From an uncultured bacterium (lineage in GTDB: Bacteria; Patescibacteriota; Minisyncoccia; SW-4-49-11), in contig CALMJI010000024.1 in the NCBI GenBank assembly GCA_937864235.1, positions 1-58,298 of the forward strand: 58,298 bases of DNA, given 5' to 3'. The translations under genes were made by a program, and so were the position numbers. The notes below the pieces were generated by a model. That model was not told the origin of the DNA. It did not search any database and worked only from the letters and a program-made list of their open reading frames with translations. Shown here piece by piece: positions 18,733-29,591 of the stretch. Numbering within the stretch: position 1 is the first letter of the stretch; each line of letters begins with the position of its first letter.

Positions 18733-21700
18733 ATGTCAGACTATATAAAAGCATATCAATCATTAAATTTACAACAAAAGCAAGCGGTAGATACTTTATT
18801 AGGACCGGTGATGGTAGTAGCAGGTCCTGGTTCTGGTAAAACTCAACTTCTGTCTCTCAGAGTAGCTAATATTCTGCATACTCAAGATGTTGAGCCTGAG
18901 AATATTATTTGTCTTACATTTACCGATGCGGCTGCTTATAATATGAGACAAAGATTGGCTTCTTTTATTGGCAAGCAGGCTTATAAAGTTAATATTCATA
19001 CTTTTCATAGTTTTGGACAGGCTTTATTAAAAGATTATACAGAGTATACAGCAGGTATTGAAAGAATAGCTATTGATGATGTATTTATAGCTGAAATTAT
19101 TGGAGACATTATAGCTAAATTACCATATAATCATATTCTGATTCCCAAAGGTTCAGACAGGAGTAAATTAATTCGGAATATAGCTAAAAGTATTAATTAT
19201 CTCAAACAGGCAGGTCTCACTCCAGCTGAATATGAGAAAATTTTAGAGCAGAATCAATTAGAATATCAGCAAATTATTCCAATTATACAGGAAATCAGTA
19301 ATATTTCTCTTAGGGGTAATAAAGAGAGATTAGATAAATTGAATCAAATCCGTACTTTAGCTTTATCTATTCCGGATTTAGATACCAATAACTATTTCAA
19401 ATCTTATGGTAATAGTTTTAAAAAATCTCTTCTAGAAGCTTTAGAGGAGGCTGAGTCATTAGATAATAAATATACTCCTATTTCTAAATGGAAAGATACT
19501 TATCTGATTAAAGGTAAAGATGGACAAAAGACTTTGATAGATGCAGAAAGATTAGATAAACAAAAAGCTATTGCTAATATTTATCGGGAATATCAAGCTT
19601 ATTTGGATGAGAATCAGCTTTTAGATTTCTCAGATATGTTATTGAATGCTCTTAGTTTACTCAAAGAAAATGAGGGTCTTAGAGATAAATTACAAAACAA
19701 ATATCAATTTATATTGGTTGATGAGTTCCAGGATACTAATGAGGCTCAAATGCAATTAGTTTTGAGTCTGGTAGGAGATAATCCAGAACCTAATATATTA
19801 GTAGTGGGGGACGACGATCAAGCGGTATATGGATTTCAAGGAGCAGATGTGTCTCATATGTTATCTTTTCAAAATAAATTTCCAACTGCCCAATTAATTG
19901 TACTTACTAAAAATTATCGCTCAAGACAAGAAATTTTGGATATTGCTAGAAATGTTATTATTCAAGGTAAAGATAGATTAGAAAATAGAATTGAAGTTTT
20001 AGAAAAAACTTTAGAGTCAGAAAAATTAAGACAAGATGGGGATTTGGCTTATTATGAATTTCAAAATCAAGCTCAAGAATATACTTGGATTGCAAATCAG
20101 ATAGAGGAATATCGCAAACAGCAAAAAGATTTATCAGAAATTGCCATAATTGCTCGTAACCATAAATCTCTGGAGGCAATAGTGCCATTTTTGTCAGAAT
20201 ATGACCTGCCTATTGATTATGACAAACAATACAATTTATTGAATGAGACTATAATTCATCAAGTAGTGGTGATGTTACAATTTGTTTATTCATTAACTCC
20301 AAGTCAGTCTCCTCGTAATGATTTATTACCTGAGATTTTGAGCTATTCATTTTGGGGTATAGATACATTGACTATATGGCAATTTTTTCAAAAAAGAGAT
20401 TATAAACAGACATATATTGAAAGGTTATATACATCAGAATATTCTACTTTGCAAGAAATAGGTCAATTATTTTTGAATTTAGCAATTTTATCTGAATATG
20501 AAACAATTGCAGTTATTATTTTCAAACTCATAGGCTCGATAGATATTAGCACAAATACTAATTCTAAATTCCATAATTATTATTTTGGTAATGATGCTTT
20601 TGATACAGACCAAAATACCTATATTGCCAATTTAGCTAAAGTAGAAGCTTTTATTCATAGTATCACTTCTTATAAAAAAGGTAAAAGAATTACTTTATTA
20701 GATGGACTTAATACAATTAAAGCTTATCAGAATCAGGGAGGTATGATGGTGAATTTATCTCTCAATAGTGGACAGAATACAGTCAAGTTGATGACAGCTC
20801 ATAAAGTGAAAGGACTAGAATTTGAAACAGTATTCGTGATAGGAGCTTATGCTCAAGGGTGGAGTAAAAAAGGTCCGTCTTTCCCATATCCATTCCCAGT
20901 TAATTTACCTATTGTCCCAAGACAGGATTCCGAAGACGACTTTCTGAGATTATTATTTGTAGCATTAACTCGTTCTAAGGTCAATCTATTTATTACCAGT
21001 CATTTATATGATGAAAAAGGGAAGGAAAGAGTGGCTTTACCATATATAGAGTTTTTACAACCAAAGCCAGCTCCTAAGATAGATGAAAGAGTTTTAACTC
21101 AAGGTATATTGAAGTCTATACAACCAGAATCTCTACATTCACAAGAAATATCTTTTTTGGAGGGAATAGTTCAGAATTACAAATTAAGTGCTTCACATAT
21201 TAATAAATTTTTAGATTTAGAATATGGAGGACCGCTTAGTGTATTAGAATCAGTTTTATTGAGATTCCCATCTATTGCTACTCCAGCTATGACTTATGGA
21301 AATATTCTCCATAAGGTGTTAAATTATATTTCTATACAAATTCAATTTAGCAAAGAATTCCCAGATTTAGATGATTTAGTAAATTTTGCAATCAAATCAC
21401 TATATCAAGAAAAGTTAAGTTTAGAAGATACGGATTTGGTTTTAAATAAAATCAAAGACAATTTACCCCAATTAATACAAGCCAAGCAAGATGAGTTTTT
21501 TACCCCACATCAATCAGAATATAATTTGGGACAGTTATTTTTGGAATTTGAAGGTGTACCTTTGACTGGAGTCATTGACAGGGTAGAAGAGCATTCTACG
21601 CATTATACTGTAGTTGATTTTAAAACTGGTACTTCAATTTTAAGTTGGGATAATAAGGTTAAGGCTAATAAATTAGAATCTTTCAAAAGACAATTATATT

Positions 21701-21966
21701 TTTATGCTTTCTTGCTCAAAGTAGCGGGACAATATCAGGATAAATCTATAAAGGGTAGAATTGATTTTTTGGAGCCGACTATAGAGGGTGAATTTATCTC
21801 ACTTGATTTAGTAATTACAGATAAAGATATTGATTATATTGCTAATTTGGTACAGATTATATATCATAAAATATTAAGTTTAGATTTTCCTGATATTTCA
21901 ATTTATAAACAAAATAATCAGGATACCAATGATTTTATACAAGATTTATTAGATAATAAGATATAA
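18733..21966 (+). CDS. UvrD/AddA-like SF1 helicase with C-terminal PD-(D/E)xK nuclease
   Basis: AGPGSGKT, VDEFQD, VGDDDQ, NYRS, KGLEF, LFVALTR; C-terminal GVIDRVE...VVDFKTG and QL.FY. Confidence 0.9.
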   Translation: MSDYIKAYQSLNLQQKQAVDTLLGPVMVVAGPGSGKTQLLSLRVANILHTQDVEPENIICLTFTDAAAYNMRQRLASFIGKQAYKVNIHTFHSFGQALLKDYTEYTAGIERIAIDDVFIAEIIGDIIAKLPYNHILIPKGSDRSKLIRNIAKSINYLKQAGLTPAEYEKILEQNQLEYQQIIPIIQEISNISLRGNKERLDKLNQIRTLALSIPDLDTNNYFKSYGNSFKKSLLEALEEAESLDNKYTPISKWKDTYLIKGKDGQKTLIDAERLDKQKAIANIYREYQAYLDENQLLDFSDMLLNALSLLKENEGLRDKLQNKYQFILVDEFQDTNEAQMQLVLSLVGDNPEPNILVVGDDDQAVYGFQGADVSHMLSFQNKFPTAQLIVLTKNYRSRQEILDIARNVIIQGKDRLENRIEVLEKTLESEKLRQDGDLAYYEFQNQAQEYTWIANQIEEYRKQQKDLSEIAIIARNHKSLEAIVPFLSEYDLPIDYDKQYNLLNETIIHQVVVMLQFVYSLTPSQSPRNDLLPEILSYSFWGIDTLTIWQFFQKRDYKQTYIERLYTSEYSTLQEIGQLFLNLAILSEYETIAVIIFKLIGSIDISTNTNSKFHNYYFGNDAFDTDQNTYIANLAKVEAFIHSITSYKKGKRITLLDGLNTIKAYQNQGGMMVNLSLNSGQNTVKLMTAHKVKGLEFETVFVIGAYAQGWSKKGPSFPYPFPVNLPIVPRQDSEDDFLRLLFVALTRSKVNLFITSHLYDEKGKERVALPYIEFLQPKPAPKIDERVLTQGILKSIQPESLHSQEISFLEGIVQNYKLSASHINKFLDLEYGGPLSVLESVLLRFPSIATPAMTYGNILHKVLNYISIQIQFSKEFPDLDDLVNFAIKSLYQEKLSLEDTDLVLNKIKDNLPQLIQAKQDEFFTPHQSEYNLGQLFLEFEGVPLTGVIDRVEEHSTHYTVVDFKTGTSILSWDNKVKANKLESFKRQLYFYAFLLKVAGQYQDKSIKGRIDFLEPTIEGEFISLDLVITDKDIDYIANLVQIIYHKILSLDFPDISIYKQNNQDTNDFIQDLLDNKI

Positions 21967-21970
21967 TATA

Positions 21971-23110
21971 ATGAGAATAGGCATAGATGCAAGATTTTTT
22001 GGTACTAGCGGCAAGGGTTTAGGTCGCTATACTCAAAAGTTAGTAGAAGAGTTAGAGCACATTGATCATAATAATCAATATTATATTTTTCTAAATAAAC
22101 ATAATTTTGATGAATATCAGCCTAAAAACCCAAATTTTCATAAAGTTTTAGCTAGTATTCCATGGTATTCTTGGCAAGAACAAATTATATTCCCTAATAT
22201 TCTCAAAAAATATAAATTAGATTTAGTTCACTTTTTACATTTTAATGTTCCAATTTTATACAGAAAACCATATGTTGTGACTATTCATGATTTGATTTTG
22301 TTAGAATATCCTACCCGCAAAGCATCTAGATTAAACTCTCTAATGTATACCATCAAAAATTTAGCCTATAGATTGGTTATTATGAATGCTATTCATACAG
22401 CCCAAAAAGTAATTGCTATTTCAAAATATACCAAAAAATCTATTCAAAAACATTTTCATATCCAAGATAATAAAATGGCAATGATTTATGAGGGGGTAGA
22501 TTTAGAGAGATTTAATCCATTGAATGCTAAAGAGTTTGATTTCAAAAAATTCAATCTAAAAAAAGACAAATATATTTTATATGTGGGTAATGTATATCCT
22601 CACAAGAATATAGATAGGTTAATAGAAGTCTTTGCTGCAATCAAGCAAAAACAAAATATAGATGCAGATTTAAAATTAGTTTTAGTGGGTAAAAAAGATT
22701 ATTTTTTTGAGAATATTATTAGCCAAGTTAAGACTTTGAATTTAGAGAAGTCAGTTGTATTTCCAGGTTATGTGGCAGATGAAGAGTTGATATCATTATA
22801 TGAGAATAGTTTATTTTATGTATTCCCATCTCTATATGAAGGTTTTGGACTGCCTCCTCTAGAGGCTATTGCTCTGGGAGCCCCTATTGTGATTTCTAAT
22901 GCCACTTGTTTGCCAGAAATTTTTGGAGAGCATATAGAATATTTTGACCCAAAATCTAAAGATGATATGGAAGAGGTATTATATTCTTTTATAAGAGATA
23001 AAGATAAAAGAGAATTACAGAAAACATATCATCAGATTATTTTGAATACATATTCTTGGTCAGATATGGCGGAAAAGACAAAAAAATTGTATAATAAAAA
23101 TAAGATATAA
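21971..23110 (+). CDS. GT4 (GT-B) glycosyltransferase
   Basis: MRIGIDAR, VVTIHDL, HKN, FPSLYEGFGLPPLEA. Confidence 0.92.
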   Translation: MRIGIDARFFGTSGKGLGRYTQKLVEELEHIDHNNQYYIFLNKHNFDEYQPKNPNFHKVLASIPWYSWQEQIIFPNILKKYKLDLVHFLHFNVPILYRKPYVVTIHDLILLEYPTRKASRLNSLMYTIKNLAYRLVIMNAIHTAQKVIAISKYTKKSIQKHFHIQDNKMAMIYEGVDLERFNPLNAKEFDFKKFNLKKDKYILYVGNVYPHKNIDRLIEVFAAIKQKQNIDADLKLVLVGKKDYFFENIISQVKTLNLEKSVVFPGYVADEELISLYENSLFYVFPSLYEGFGLPPLEAIALGAPIVISNATCLPEIFGEHIEYFDPKSKDDMEEVLYSFIRDKDKRELQKTYHQIILNTYSWSDMAEKTKKLYNKNKI

Positions 23111-23119
23111 AATTTTTAT

Positions 23120-25429
23120 ATGAGGCAAAAAAACTCACGAATTCTAGATTTGAGAAAGCCTCAATCTGAATTGAGAGAAAATAAAGAAATCCAAAAAGAA
23201 CATATAAAATTAGCTAATGACTTGGGAGAATTAGCTGACTTTAATATACCTCTTATAGGCGAAGAGGAAAATATTAAAAATAATCTTGATAATATTAATA
23301 TAGAGTTTGATATTACTTTAGATACAGCTATATCACAAGATAATATAATAGAGTTTGATAAGTCTCCAGTTTATCAAAAACCAATCAGAATAGATTTTAT
23401 CCCTACCTCAGCTAAAAGGTATAATTATAATAGGTATAGAATCTTTAATCAGATTAAACAATTATTTACAATTAATAGCCAGACATTATATGCGGCTAGG
23501 GCTTCGATGGGTGTATTTATATCATTATGCCTTATAATGGATATGAGTATCCCATCACTTAGAATGGTTAATAGTGGACTTCGGGTTAAAGATAATTTGC
23601 TTTTGCAGGCATCGGCTAGTGAAAGTTTATTAAAGAGTACTAATAAAGATAATTTTAATACATTGTCAACTTCACTTAGTGAAATATCCAAAGGACTGGA
23701 CCAAAGTTCCGAGGATATAGCTTCTATACAAGGTAATCTTAATATATTATTGTCTACTTTACCAGGATTGTCTATGATACAAAATGGTAGTGATTTAACA
23801 GCTAATGTGGCAGAGGTCATATCTATTACAGGAGAATTGACACAAGCAATCGAGCCATTTATATCTCAAGAAATTAACCCTTTTGACAATACCAAGCAAA
23901 TTACTTTAGTTGATGGAATAAAGCAGATTAAAGATTTAAATCAAAAATTAGTCCCAATTTTAGATAAATTACATTCTAGTCTTGGTGAATTACCAATTAA
24001 TTTTGTACCTGGATATAGAGGTGATGTTCTACAACAATTATACCAAGATATTCCCAAATTAAAGCAAGCTATTATCAGTTCTGATCCGTATATAGATATA
24101 TTTTTAAATTTTGTAGGTAGTGATATTGTTAAAAGATATGTTCTTATATTCCAAAATAATCAAGAATTAAGAGCTACAGGGGGTTTTATTGGTAGCTTTG
24201 GTATGATGAATATTGATAGAGGAGTCGTAAAAAAATTAGATATTAAAGAAATTTATAATCCAGATGGACAGTTGTCACAAAATATTTTAGCCCCCTTACC
24301 ATTACAAGAATTAACAGCTCGTTGGTATCTTAGAGATTCTAATTGGTTCCCAGATTTCCCAACTAGTGCTCAAAAAATCATTTCATTTTATGAAAAAACT
24401 GGTGGAGCCACTCCAGATGGAATTATATCACTAACTCCTACAGTGATAGAAAGATTACTGCTAATAACCGGTCCTATTACCTTGGATGAATACGGAGTGA
24501 CTATTAATGCAGATAATTTTGTTAAAATAACACAATATCAAACAGGGGTAGCTTATGATAGGGTTGAAAATAAGCCGAAGCAATTCATAGCAGATTTAGC
24601 TCCTATTTTAATTAATAAATTATTATCCTCAGATGCTAGTCAATATCAAAAAATCTTAGAAGCTCTTAATAATTCATTTCAAGAAAAGCAAATATTATTA
24701 TATTTTTTAGATCCAAATTTACAAAATACGGTAAATAAATATAATCTAGGTGGGCAGTTGTACGATGCCCCAAAAGATTATTTGTCCATAGTACATAGTA
24801 ATATTGGTGGATATAAGACAGACGGCGTGATGCAGGAAAATCTGAATATATCAACCAAAATACAAGATAATGGAAAAGTGAATAATAAAGTTATCGTCAC
24901 TAGAGAGCATAAAGGTGGAAATACAGAATTTGAATGGTGGAATCAGGATAATATTAATTATATGAGAACTTATATACCCAAAGGCTCTAGAATATTGAAT
25001 ATAAGTGGGTATGCAGACAAGCAAGAAAAATTAGATACTCAGGGTATCGCAGGTTATAATCAAGATCCAGATTTAAAAGCAATAAAAGATAGCTTAATAC
25101 ATAATGAAGATTGGGACATTGATATTTTTGAGGAAAGTGGTAAATTGGTTATAGGTGGTTGGGTACTAACTAAACCTGGAGATACTAGTCAGATTGTGAT
25201 AGAATATGAATTGCCATTTGAGTTAAATTCTTATGATATTTATTCTTTGATACTACAAAAACAGTCTGGTACTTTAGGAATAAAATATCAATATAATCTA
25301 GAATTACCTAAGAACAAAAAATCTATCTGGAAACAGTCTTCTTTTGATTTAGAAAATACTGAAATAGGCTATAAAGTAACAGATGATATATTAAGAACGG
25401 ATGAATACATAGGTATACAAATTAAGTAG
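23120..25429 (+). CDS. DUF4012-domain membrane-anchored protein
   Basis: YVLIFQNNQELRATGGFIGS, RDSNWFPDFP, HSN.GGYK pattern; one TM near residue 130. Confidence 0.75.
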   Translation: MRQKNSRILDLRKPQSELRENKEIQKEHIKLANDLGELADFNIPLIGEEENIKNNLDNINIEFDITLDTAISQDNIIEFDKSPVYQKPIRIDFIPTSAKRYNYNRYRIFNQIKQLFTINSQTLYAARASMGVFISLCLIMDMSIPSLRMVNSGLRVKDNLLLQASASESLLKSTNKDNFNTLSTSLSEISKGLDQSSEDIASIQGNLNILLSTLPGLSMIQNGSDLTANVAEVISITGELTQAIEPFISQEINPFDNTKQITLVDGIKQIKDLNQKLVPILDKLHSSLGELPINFVPGYRGDVLQQLYQDIPKLKQAIISSDPYIDIFLNFVGSDIVKRYVLIFQNNQELRATGGFIGSFGMMNIDRGVVKKLDIKEIYNPDGQLSQNILAPLPLQELTARWYLRDSNWFPDFPTSAQKIISFYEKTGGATPDGIISLTPTVIERLLLITGPITLDEYGVTINADNFVKITQYQTGVAYDRVENKPKQFIADLAPILINKLLSSDASQYQKILEALNNSFQEKQILLYFLDPNLQNTVNKYNLGGQLYDAPKDYLSIVHSNIGGYKTDGVMQENLNISTKIQDNGKVNNKVIVTREHKGGNTEFEWWNQDNINYMRTYIPKGSRILNISGYADKQEKLDTQGIAGYNQDPDLKAIKDSLIHNEDWDIDIFEESGKLVIGGWVLTKPGDTSQIVIEYELPFELNSYDIYSLILQKQSGTLGIKYQYNLELPKNKKSIWKQSSFDLENTEIGYKVTDDILRTDEYIGIQIK

Positions 25430-25434
25430 AAAAT

Positions 25435-26373
25435 ATGAATATACAAGAAAATATAACTCTGGGAACTTTATCAACCTTCAAAATAGGAGGTAAAGCTAAA
25501 TATGTAATTTTTGCCGAGAGCAATGATGATATTATTTCAGCTTTGAGATTTGCACAAGAAAAAAGTCTACCAGTCGGTATTATTGGTGCTGGTTGTAATT
25601 TATTGATATCGGATGATGATATAAATGGTTTAGTTATCAAGATGAATACAAGAAATATAGATGTTAACCATACACATTTATTTGCAGAAGCAGGGGTTTC
25701 TCTGGCAGCTCTTACAGCTTTTGGACATAAGAATAATTTAACTGGACTTGAATGGGCTCCATCTGTTCCATCCAGTGTGGGGGGCGCAATTAGAGGTAAT
25801 GCTGGAGCTTTTGGAGGAGAAACTAAAGATAGATTAAAGCAAGTTAGAGTATACAGAAATGGACAAATTATAGATGTTGATGCTACAGACATAGGTTTTC
25901 ATTATAGATATAGTGGATTTAAAGCTGAGAATAATAAAGACATTATTTTAGGCGGATTATTCGAACTAGAATTTGGGGATGTAGCTGAGGGTCAGAAACA
26001 AGTCAGAGATAATATTGTCAGAAAAAATCAAAATCAGCCAGTTGGAGTAGCTTGTTCAGGTTGTATATTCAAAAATTATGAAGGGACCATTAATTCATCA
26101 TTGATAGATAAATTCCCAGAATTAGAGAACTTTATTGCAAAGGGAATAATCCCAAGTGGGTATTTGATAGAAAAATCAGGCTTAAAAGGTATGAGCTCAG
26201 GTAATATACGAGTGAGCGACAAACATGCCAACTATATGGTCAATACTGGAGATGGTAAGTTTGAGGATGTAATTAATCTGATTCAAATAGTTAAGGATAA
26301 AGTATTACAAGAGTTTGGAGTTAATATAGAAGAAGAAGTAGTCTATTTACATAAACAAATGAAAATAATATAA
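25435..26373 (+). CDS. murB: UDP-N-acetylenolpyruvoylglucosamine reductase
   Basis: STFKIGG.A, G.GCNLL, GGAIRGNAGAFG, F.YR.S, GCIFKN, KHANYMVN. Confidence 0.93.
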   Translation: MNIQENITLGTLSTFKIGGKAKYVIFAESNDDIISALRFAQEKSLPVGIIGAGCNLLISDDDINGLVIKMNTRNIDVNHTHLFAEAGVSLAALTAFGHKNNLTGLEWAPSVPSSVGGAIRGNAGAFGGETKDRLKQVRVYRNGQIIDVDATDIGFHYRYSGFKAENNKDIILGGLFELEFGDVAEGQKQVRDNIVRKNQNQPVGVACSGCIFKNYEGTINSSLIDKFPELENFIAKGIIPSGYLIEKSGLKGMSSGNIRVSDKHANYMVNTGDGKFEDVINLIQIVKDKVLQEFGVNIEEEVVYLHKQMKII

Positions 26374-26381
26374 AAATTTTT

Positions 26382-27083
26382 ATGATTAATTATACTCCAT
26401 TAATTGTCACCATAATCTTGTCATATATACCTAGTTTTGCTTGGTTAGGTTTTGTGCTATCCCAAGATGTACATCCAGAAAAATCTACAGATATAGCTAA
26501 AGCCTTCATACTAGGAAGTTTTTTAGCTGTTCCAATAGTTATATTTGCAGTCTGGGGTAGGGAAGTTTTGGATATATTATTAATCACAATACCAGATACC
26601 TTGTCTAAATTTATTTTTGGAGCTGTAGCTGAGGAAATATTTAAAGGAGCTTTCGTTTATTGGTTTGCCATTAGTACGAGTCGATGGGATGAACCAATAG
26701 ATACTTTTGTTTATGCTGCTACCTTGGCATTGGGATTCGCAGGAATTGAAAATTTAGCCTATGTACTCCAGTATTATAAAGATAATTTTGAGGCAATACA
26801 GCAATTATTAGTCTTAAGGGCCTTTACATCTCTGCTTATACATATTATCTCTAGCTTCTTATTTACATATGGGCTAGTTCTATATTTTAAATATAATCAT
26901 AAAATTAATGGAATTTGGTTAGCTTTAGCTGGAATTATATTTCATGGGCTATGGAATTTAGTAATTGGGCTTTCTAATGGTACAGGGGGAGCTATAATAG
27001 TAGGATTTTATTTTATAATATGTATACCTATATTCGTCGGAATGGTATTTACTATTAAACATTTAAGGCTAAAGTCTAGATAA
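26382..27083 (+). CDS. PrsW-family intramembrane metalloprotease
   Basis: AEEIFK, LGFAGIEN, FHGLWN, multiple TMs. Confidence 0.85.
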   Translation: MINYTPLIVTIILSYIPSFAWLGFVLSQDVHPEKSTDIAKAFILGSFLAVPIVIFAVWGREVLDILLITIPDTLSKFIFGAVAEEIFKGAFVYWFAISTSRWDEPIDTFVYAATLALGFAGIENLAYVLQYYKDNFEAIQQLLVLRAFTSLLIHIISSFLFTYGLVLYFKYNHKINGIWLALAGIIFHGLWNLVIGLSNGTGGAIIVGFYFIICIPIFVGMVFTIKHLRLKSR

Positions 27084-27175
27084 TAATATACTTCTCAACA
27101 AAACCCTTGCTTTTTTTATAATATTTGGTATAATTATATTAATGCAATAGTTTATATAACAATTCATTTAAAATT

Positions 27176-27694
27176 ATGTCTAGTATTTTAAGAAAATTAA
27201 CAGGAGCTGTAGATTTTGAAGAACAACCAGTAATAGAAGAAGACATCCAAGATGACTTGAGAAGTAGATTTTCTGATGTATCAGACTCAGAATCTAACTC
27301 TATAGATGAATATGTTGCTGATACAAAGATTTCTACTCAAGCTACATTTCAAACTGATGATGAGTTAGTAGAAGGTGCACTTACTATTGATGTTTATCAA
27401 ACCGATAATGACATTGTGATTGTATCTACCATTGCTGGGGTTACAGCTAAAGATTTAGATGTATCTATAACTAATGATATGGTTACTATCTCTGGAGCAA
27501 GAAAGAATCCAGTAAAGGTAAAGCAAGAAAATTATTTCTATCAAGAATGTTATTGGGGACCATTTTCTCGTTCAGTAATTTTACCAATTGATGTAGATGC
27601 TGAGAAGTCAGCTGCTGAGCTAAAAGACGGAGTTTTGACAATTACTTTACCAAAATCAGAAAAAGTTAAGATTAAGAAAATTCCTATCAAATAA
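27176..27694 (+). CDS. Hsp20/alpha-crystallin small heat-shock protein
   Basis: IDVYQT, ECYWGPFSRS..LP, LKDGVL.ITLPK; acidic N-terminal arm. Confidence 0.9.
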   Translation: MSSILRKLTGAVDFEEQPVIEEDIQDDLRSRFSDVSDSESNSIDEYVADTKISTQATFQTDDELVEGALTIDVYQTDNDIVIVSTIAGVTAKDLDVSITNDMVTISGARKNPVKVKQENYFYQECYWGPFSRSVILPIDVDAEKSAAELKDGVLTITLPKSEKVKIKKIPIK

Positions 27695-27707
27695 TCATAA
27701 CTTTTGT

Positions 27708-27738
27708 AAAACACCTACCCTCAAAAAGTAGGTGTTTT
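27708..27738 (+). terminator. Intrinsic terminator after hsp20
   Basis: aaaacacctac-N9-gtaggtgtttt. Confidence 0.8.
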
Positions 27739-27748
27739 TATTTTGCTA

Positions 27749-27777
27749 TTGACTAGAGTTTCAATTTAATATATAAT
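27749..27777 (+). promoter_or_regulatory. Sigma70 promoter of rplJL
   Basis: TTGACT-N17-TATAAT. Confidence 0.75.
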
Positions 27778-27792
27778 TAATGTAAAGCTATA

Positions 27793-27893
27793 AGCCAGAG
27801 ACCATAAGCGGTGTTTACACAGAAGTCTTATGTAGGCAAATCAGTAGAATAATTTCTACATTTGTAATGTCTCGGCTAAAGGTCGAGCTTTTT
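27793..27893 (+). promoter_or_regulatory. L10 leader-like RNA with overlapping terminator
   Basis: agcc.gagac / gtctcggct closing stem, ataag/cttat, caaat/atttg and gtaga/tctac arms; alternative hairpin ctcggc-taaag-gtcgag followed by ctttttg. Confidence 0.6.
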
Positions 27894-27918
27894 GTTAAAT
27901 TATATAGATAATACTATT

Positions 27919-28443
27919 ATGGCGTTAACAAAATCACGCAAAAGAGAAATGTTGCAAGAGTTGCAAAACACAATTTCTTCAGCTCAGGGTATGGTCTTTA
28001 CTGATTTCCAAGGTTCAAGTGTTTCTTCATTACAAGCTCTTAGAACAAAATTAAGAGCAGAAGGTGCTAGCTATAAAGTAGTTAAAAAAACTTTATTCAA
28101 TAAAGCTTTGCAAAATACAGGAGTAAATTTATCCTTATCAGATCAATTACCAGGAAATTTAGGTGTTGTATTCGCTAATGATCCGGTCTTTGGGGCTAAA
28201 GTAATTAGTGAATTTGCAAAATCAGCTCCTAAAAATACCTTTACTTTGGTTGGAGGATTATTGGATGGTCAATATCTTGTGGCTGAGCAAGTAAGTACAC
28301 TTGCTAAATTACCTTCTAAGGAACAACTACAGGCACAAGTAGTAGGAACTCTCGCAGCTCCTATGACTCAATTCTTGCAGGTAACCTCAGGAGTAGCTCG
28401 TGGTCTCGTAACTGTTTTATCAGCTTATAGAGACACCAAATAA
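27919..28443 (+). CDS. rplJ: 50S ribosomal protein L10
   Basis: MALTKSRK.., YKVVKKTLF, LAKLPSKEQL; ATG at 27919. Confidence 0.93.
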   Translation: MALTKSRKREMLQELQNTISSAQGMVFTDFQGSSVSSLQALRTKLRAEGASYKVVKKTLFNKALQNTGVNLSLSDQLPGNLGVVFANDPVFGAKVISEFAKSAPKNTFTLVGGLLDGQYLVAEQVSTLAKLPSKEQLQAQVVGTLAAPMTQFLQVTSGVARGLVTVLSAYRDTK

Positions 28444-28462
28444 TTAAGTTAAGTATAATCAT

Positions 28463-28861
28463 ATGTCAGAAGAATTCGTAGTACCAGAAAAATTTGAAAA
28501 GATTGTTGATGAAATCAAGAATCTTAGTGTTATTGAACTATCTGAGCTTGTAAAAGTTCTAGAAGAAGTTCTAGGTGTATCAGCTGCAGCTCCAGTAGCA
28601 GTAGGTGTAGCAGCTCCAGTAGCAGGAGATGCTCCAGCTGCAGAAGAGAAATCTACTTTCGATGTTATCATTGAAGATGCTGGAAGTTCTAAAATTCAAG
28701 TTATAAAAGTAGTTAAAGAAGCTACTGGACTTGGATTAAAAGAAGCTAAAGATATCGTAGATGGAGCTCCTAAAGCTGTAAAAGAAGGAGTTTCAAAGGC
28801 AGATGCTGATGAACTCAAGACCAAATTACAAGAAGCTGGAGCAACAGTTGTAGTTAAATAA
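28463..28861 (+). CDS. rplL: 50S ribosomal protein L7/L12
   Basis: [11 protein letters not shown], Ala-rich hinge, [15 protein letters not shown]. Confidence 0.97.
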   Translation: MSEEFVVPEKFEKIVDEIKNLSVIELSELVKVLEEVLGVSAAAPVAVGVAAPVAGDAPAAEEKSTFDVIIEDAGSSKIQVIKVVKEATGLGLKEAKDIVDGAPKAVKEGVSKADADELKTKLQEAGATVVVK

Positions 28862-28883
28862 CTTATAGCTTTACTCTATATCG

Positions 28884-28913
28884 CAAAAGCCCTCATTCAA
28901 CTGAGGGTTTTTG
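28884..28913 (+). terminator. Intrinsic terminator after rplL
   Basis: caaaagccctca-ttcaac-tgagggtttttg followed by a T run. Confidence 0.85.
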
Positions 28914-28959
28914 TTTTTTATATGATATAATAATTATATATTAAATTTATTAACAAATT

Positions 28960-29559
28960 ATGAAGAAGGGACTATATCTAGGTATAGATGCAGAATTTAC
29001 AGGGCAACATCCACATAAAAATGCTTTGATTGAGCTGGCAATGATTGTGCTAGATAAGGATCTAAAAGAAATTGCGCATTATCAGACTTTGGTTCAAGTG
29101 CCTGAGGGTTTTGAAATTACTGATGAGGCAATGCGGATTAATAAATTAGATTTGGCTAAGGTAGAGAGTGAGGGAGTTTCATATGAACAATTAGTCAAAC
29201 AAATTACGAAATTTGTAAAAAAACATTTTGAAGATAAACCAATTCTATTTGCTCATTTTATTACAATGGATTTTGCTTATCTTAATTATATTTTTGGTAG
29301 TGTAGATAAAGATAAGTTGTTTTGGAAGGAGCTAATAGGCCATAATGTAATTGATACTAAAGTCCTAGCTAATACTATTAACTTATTACAAGTGAACAAG
29401 GGCAAAGAACCAATATTCAAATCAACTTCTTTATCCAACCCTGGGGGGCTGACAGACACTTTGGGTGTTACAGATTATGAAGCTCATACAGCTCTTGGTG
29501 ATATTAGGGCTACTAAAGAAGTTATGATCAAATTATTGGATATTTTGGATACAGTGTAG
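28960..29559 (+). CDS. DEDDh (DnaQ-like) 3'-5' exonuclease
   Basis: GIDAEFTG, AH...MDF, HTALGDI. Confidence 0.82.
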   Translation: MKKGLYLGIDAEFTGQHPHKNALIELAMIVLDKDLKEIAHYQTLVQVPEGFEITDEAMRINKLDLAKVESEGVSYEQLVKQITKFVKKHFEDKPILFAHFITMDFAYLNYIFGSVDKDKLFWKELIGHNVIDTKVLANTINLLQVNKGKEPIFKSTSLSNPGGLTDTLGVTDYEAHTALGDIRATKEVMIKLLDILDTV

Positions 29560-29591
29560 TATAATATAGTTATAAATTAACTTTTAATACT

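Noticed and set aside
28586-28624. 15-bp direct repeat in rplL
   Set aside because: Encodes the ordinary Ala/Pro/Val hinge of L7/L12
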